This document shows positions 49,601 to 51,214 of a stretch of DNA of 51,214 nucleotides, in pieces (within the stretch, counting starts at the first letter, position 1; each line of letters starts with the position of its first letter). Below the pieces are notes generated by a model, which was not told the origin of the DNA, made no database searches, and saw only the letters and a list, made by a program, of their open reading frames with translations. The DNA lies in assembly GCA_018398765.1 (NCBI GenBank), contig JAHBMJ010000293.1, positions 1 to 51,214 on the forward strand, read 5' to 3'. This DNA comes from Chromera velia (Eukaryota). A program made the translations under genes and the position numbers.

Positions 49601-49857
49601 TTTGTAACTGTGCTGAGAAGAAGGCAAAGAGAAGGGCAAAGAAAGAGGCAAAGAAAGCAAAAGCCATCAGACGTCAAGCTAGACGAGATACGTTGCCCAA
49701 AGCAGCACGTGCGGGAATGTCCGATTCAGAAAGCGAGTCGGACGATCCTTTTGACAGAGCCGCCGAGATTGCTCTGCTGGATCTGCTGTACAAAGACGAA
49801 GCCAGAGAACGGGCAGCGAAGAAGGTGAGAACTGACCTGAGTGATCAGCATACTTGA
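46617..49857 (+). mobile_element. Merlin / IS1595(ISXO2)-like DDE transposase gene with four introns and one nonsense codon
   Basis: Predicted exons 46617-46816, 46913-47120, 48690-48895, 49038-49177 and 49331-49857. Spliced product: zinc ribbon CCPSC...YRCRNKDC, then [15 protein letters not shown]...KIGGRDEEVEMDETKMG...GVWCLVAVCR...STLITDGWAAY*...HKWVNHKKEFVTVDGTNTNTVEGLN. The D-D-E triad and the VNH motif are present. TAA at 49120-49122. TIRs not identified. Confidence 0.88.
47140..48605. repeat. (GTCTGTGTCT)n 10-mer minisatellite arrays with a twice-repeated ~130-bp unique unit, inside the transposase intron
   Basis: Arrays at about 47140-47700 and 47860-48310 (with a GTCTGGGTCT variant block) and degenerate GTCT repeats to about 48605. 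The unit CTAGGATGGGCAAACGACTCG...GAGCCTGAA occurs at about 47730 and 48331. Confidence 0.92.
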
Positions 49858-50024
49858 GTTAAAAAACGTTAATTTAATATACAATGGTTTTCAGCTTCTA
49901 GCTAGCAGCTATACCTACAGGTAAAGCTTAAATAGTAAAGATGTTTTACTCTATGCTTTTAATTGATATAAATTTTGTAGCGAAACAGTTTAGCATATAC
50001 CCCGCAAGCTAAAGTAATTGATCT

Positions 50025-50323
50025 CAGTGATTTACAGTAATTTACAGTAATTTAATTCATTTTTGCTTAGTAATTTAGAGTAATTAAAATTACTGGTGAT
50101 TTAGAATGATAAACTAAAGCACTTTGGAAGCAGTATTATATAATTTAAAGTAATTTAGACTGGTAATTTAAAGATATTTAGACGTTTACATCACTTTAAA
50201 TTACTTTATATTTTACTTTAAATTACTATAAACTATTTTACTTTACTATTCTTACTTACTTTATATTACCGTAAATCACTCTAAATTACTTTAATTACTA
50301 ATCTAAATCAATTTAAATTGCTG
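50025..50323. mobile_element. AT-rich foldback / MITE-like element built from inverted 10-bp repeats
   Basis: Starts CAGTGATTTA and ends TAAATTGCTG (reverse complement CAGCAATTTA). The left half carries AGTAATTTA(C/G/A) repeats and the right half their complements TAAATTACT. No matching TSD. Confidence 0.5.
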
Positions 50324-50683
50324 TATGTTACTCATCTAAATGACTCATGCAAACTTGCAAAGTACATCAAATTTAAGAATTAAAAATTGTAAGATAACAA
50401 TTATTGTAGATATGTCAAATTTGGGAATCAACAATTAATAAGTCAGTCTGTGTCTCATTGGCATATGCAGTCTAGACATACTTTTGACACTTCAAACCCA
50501 ATACCCATTCCCATTACCGACCCAGCTCAATTCATTCTCCCTGTTTCCCTGTCCCGCCCTGTCCACCCTCCTTGCCCTGCCATCACCCTGCCAGAAACTC
50601 TAACTCGAAACCTCCAAATCGCCCTCCCCCGTTGATTCCCTTTTCATTTCTTACTCATCCTCGTCAGACATGGAGGGAGGCGT

Positions 50684-51214
50684 CTAACAAATCCCTGCTC
50701 CAGGAACCCGCCCTTTGGCAGTCACGCCCATCAGAACAGTCATCTGCTCTGATGCCGTAGGTCCCTGATTCTGTAAAGATACTTCAAGCTCATGAGTCCA
50801 AGCGGAGCTTAGAGTGTGAAGTGCATCTTGCGTAGGCCAAACAGAAGGAAACTGAGTTTGCATGCACTCAAGGAACTGATTTGCGGGAAAAATCCAAAAC
50901 TTGTTGTAGCGAGTCCCGATACCATAACCAGAACGAGTCGGACGTCTCAAATCCCACTCGACTGGTGGGGGCACATCAGTGAGATATGCTCTAACAGCAC
51001 GTCTGTCATCTACATTCGTCTCATTCAAGGTAGAGGCAAAAAAACCCAAACGACCACAAATGTCTGGTGTTTCCCCAACTAAAATCATCACTACAGCATT
51101 GTGAACTCTCTCGCCCCGAACAGTCTGTGTGGTTATGTGACGTCTGTGAATCAAAACTTTGATCACATTCTCAGGACCATACCTGGGCTGCCACGGAGCA
51201 GACCCGAAAGGAGA
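50684..51214 (-). CDS. Partial hypothetical ORF open to the window edge
   Basis: The frame of ORF 50684-51166 stays open to 51214 (about 176 codons). No family was recognised; it may be TE-derived. Confidence 0.3.
   Translation of the reverse strand, partial: SPFGSAPWQPRYGPENVIKVLIHRRHITTQTVRGERVHNAVVMILVGETPDICGRLGFFASTLNETNVDDRRAVRAYLTDVPPPVEWDLRRPTRSGYGIGTRYNKFWIFPANQFLECMQTQFPSVWPTQDALHTLSSAWTHELEVSLQNQGPTASEQMTVLMGVTAKGRVPGAGIC

Noticed and set aside
46300..50400. Candidate Merlin terminal inverted repeats
   Set aside because: Only short matches of 9 bp or less in AT-rich DNA and no TSD, so not supportable.

Overview
Eukaryotic, intron-rich genomic DNA with GT-AG introns and (GA)n/(CA)n/GTCT microsatellites. 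The gene style and TGCATGCA motifs suggest an alveolate such as a chromerid, but that is inference only. Three host genes are supported: (1) a minus-strand multi-exon membrane protein with a very long low-complexity tail (about 2030-10089); (2) divergent from it, a large CRMP-like surface receptor (10713-22545) built from a signal peptide, three PPC/CUB-like repeats, RCC1 repeats, a HYR domain, GCC2/GCC3-type Cys repeats, a multi-TM domain and a cytosolic tail, with an apparent 1-nt frameshift at about 12872; (3) a two-exon OPT/YSL-family transporter (43112-45901, minus). The rest is mostly decayed transposons: the 3' end of a LINE, a Ty3/Gypsy chromovirus (24586-30572) nested inside an apparently non-coding LTR element (23206-31683), an internally deleted hAT, a four-intron Merlin/ISXO2-type transposase, and MITE-like foldbacks. 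The strongest unexplained signal is an almost pure C>T/G>A mutation spectrum between LTR pairs: about 32 of 32 differences in the outer pair are transitions, in all C contexts. This points to repeat-targeted methylation/deamination or a RIP-like process. All alignments and counts were done by eye, and no database searches were run.
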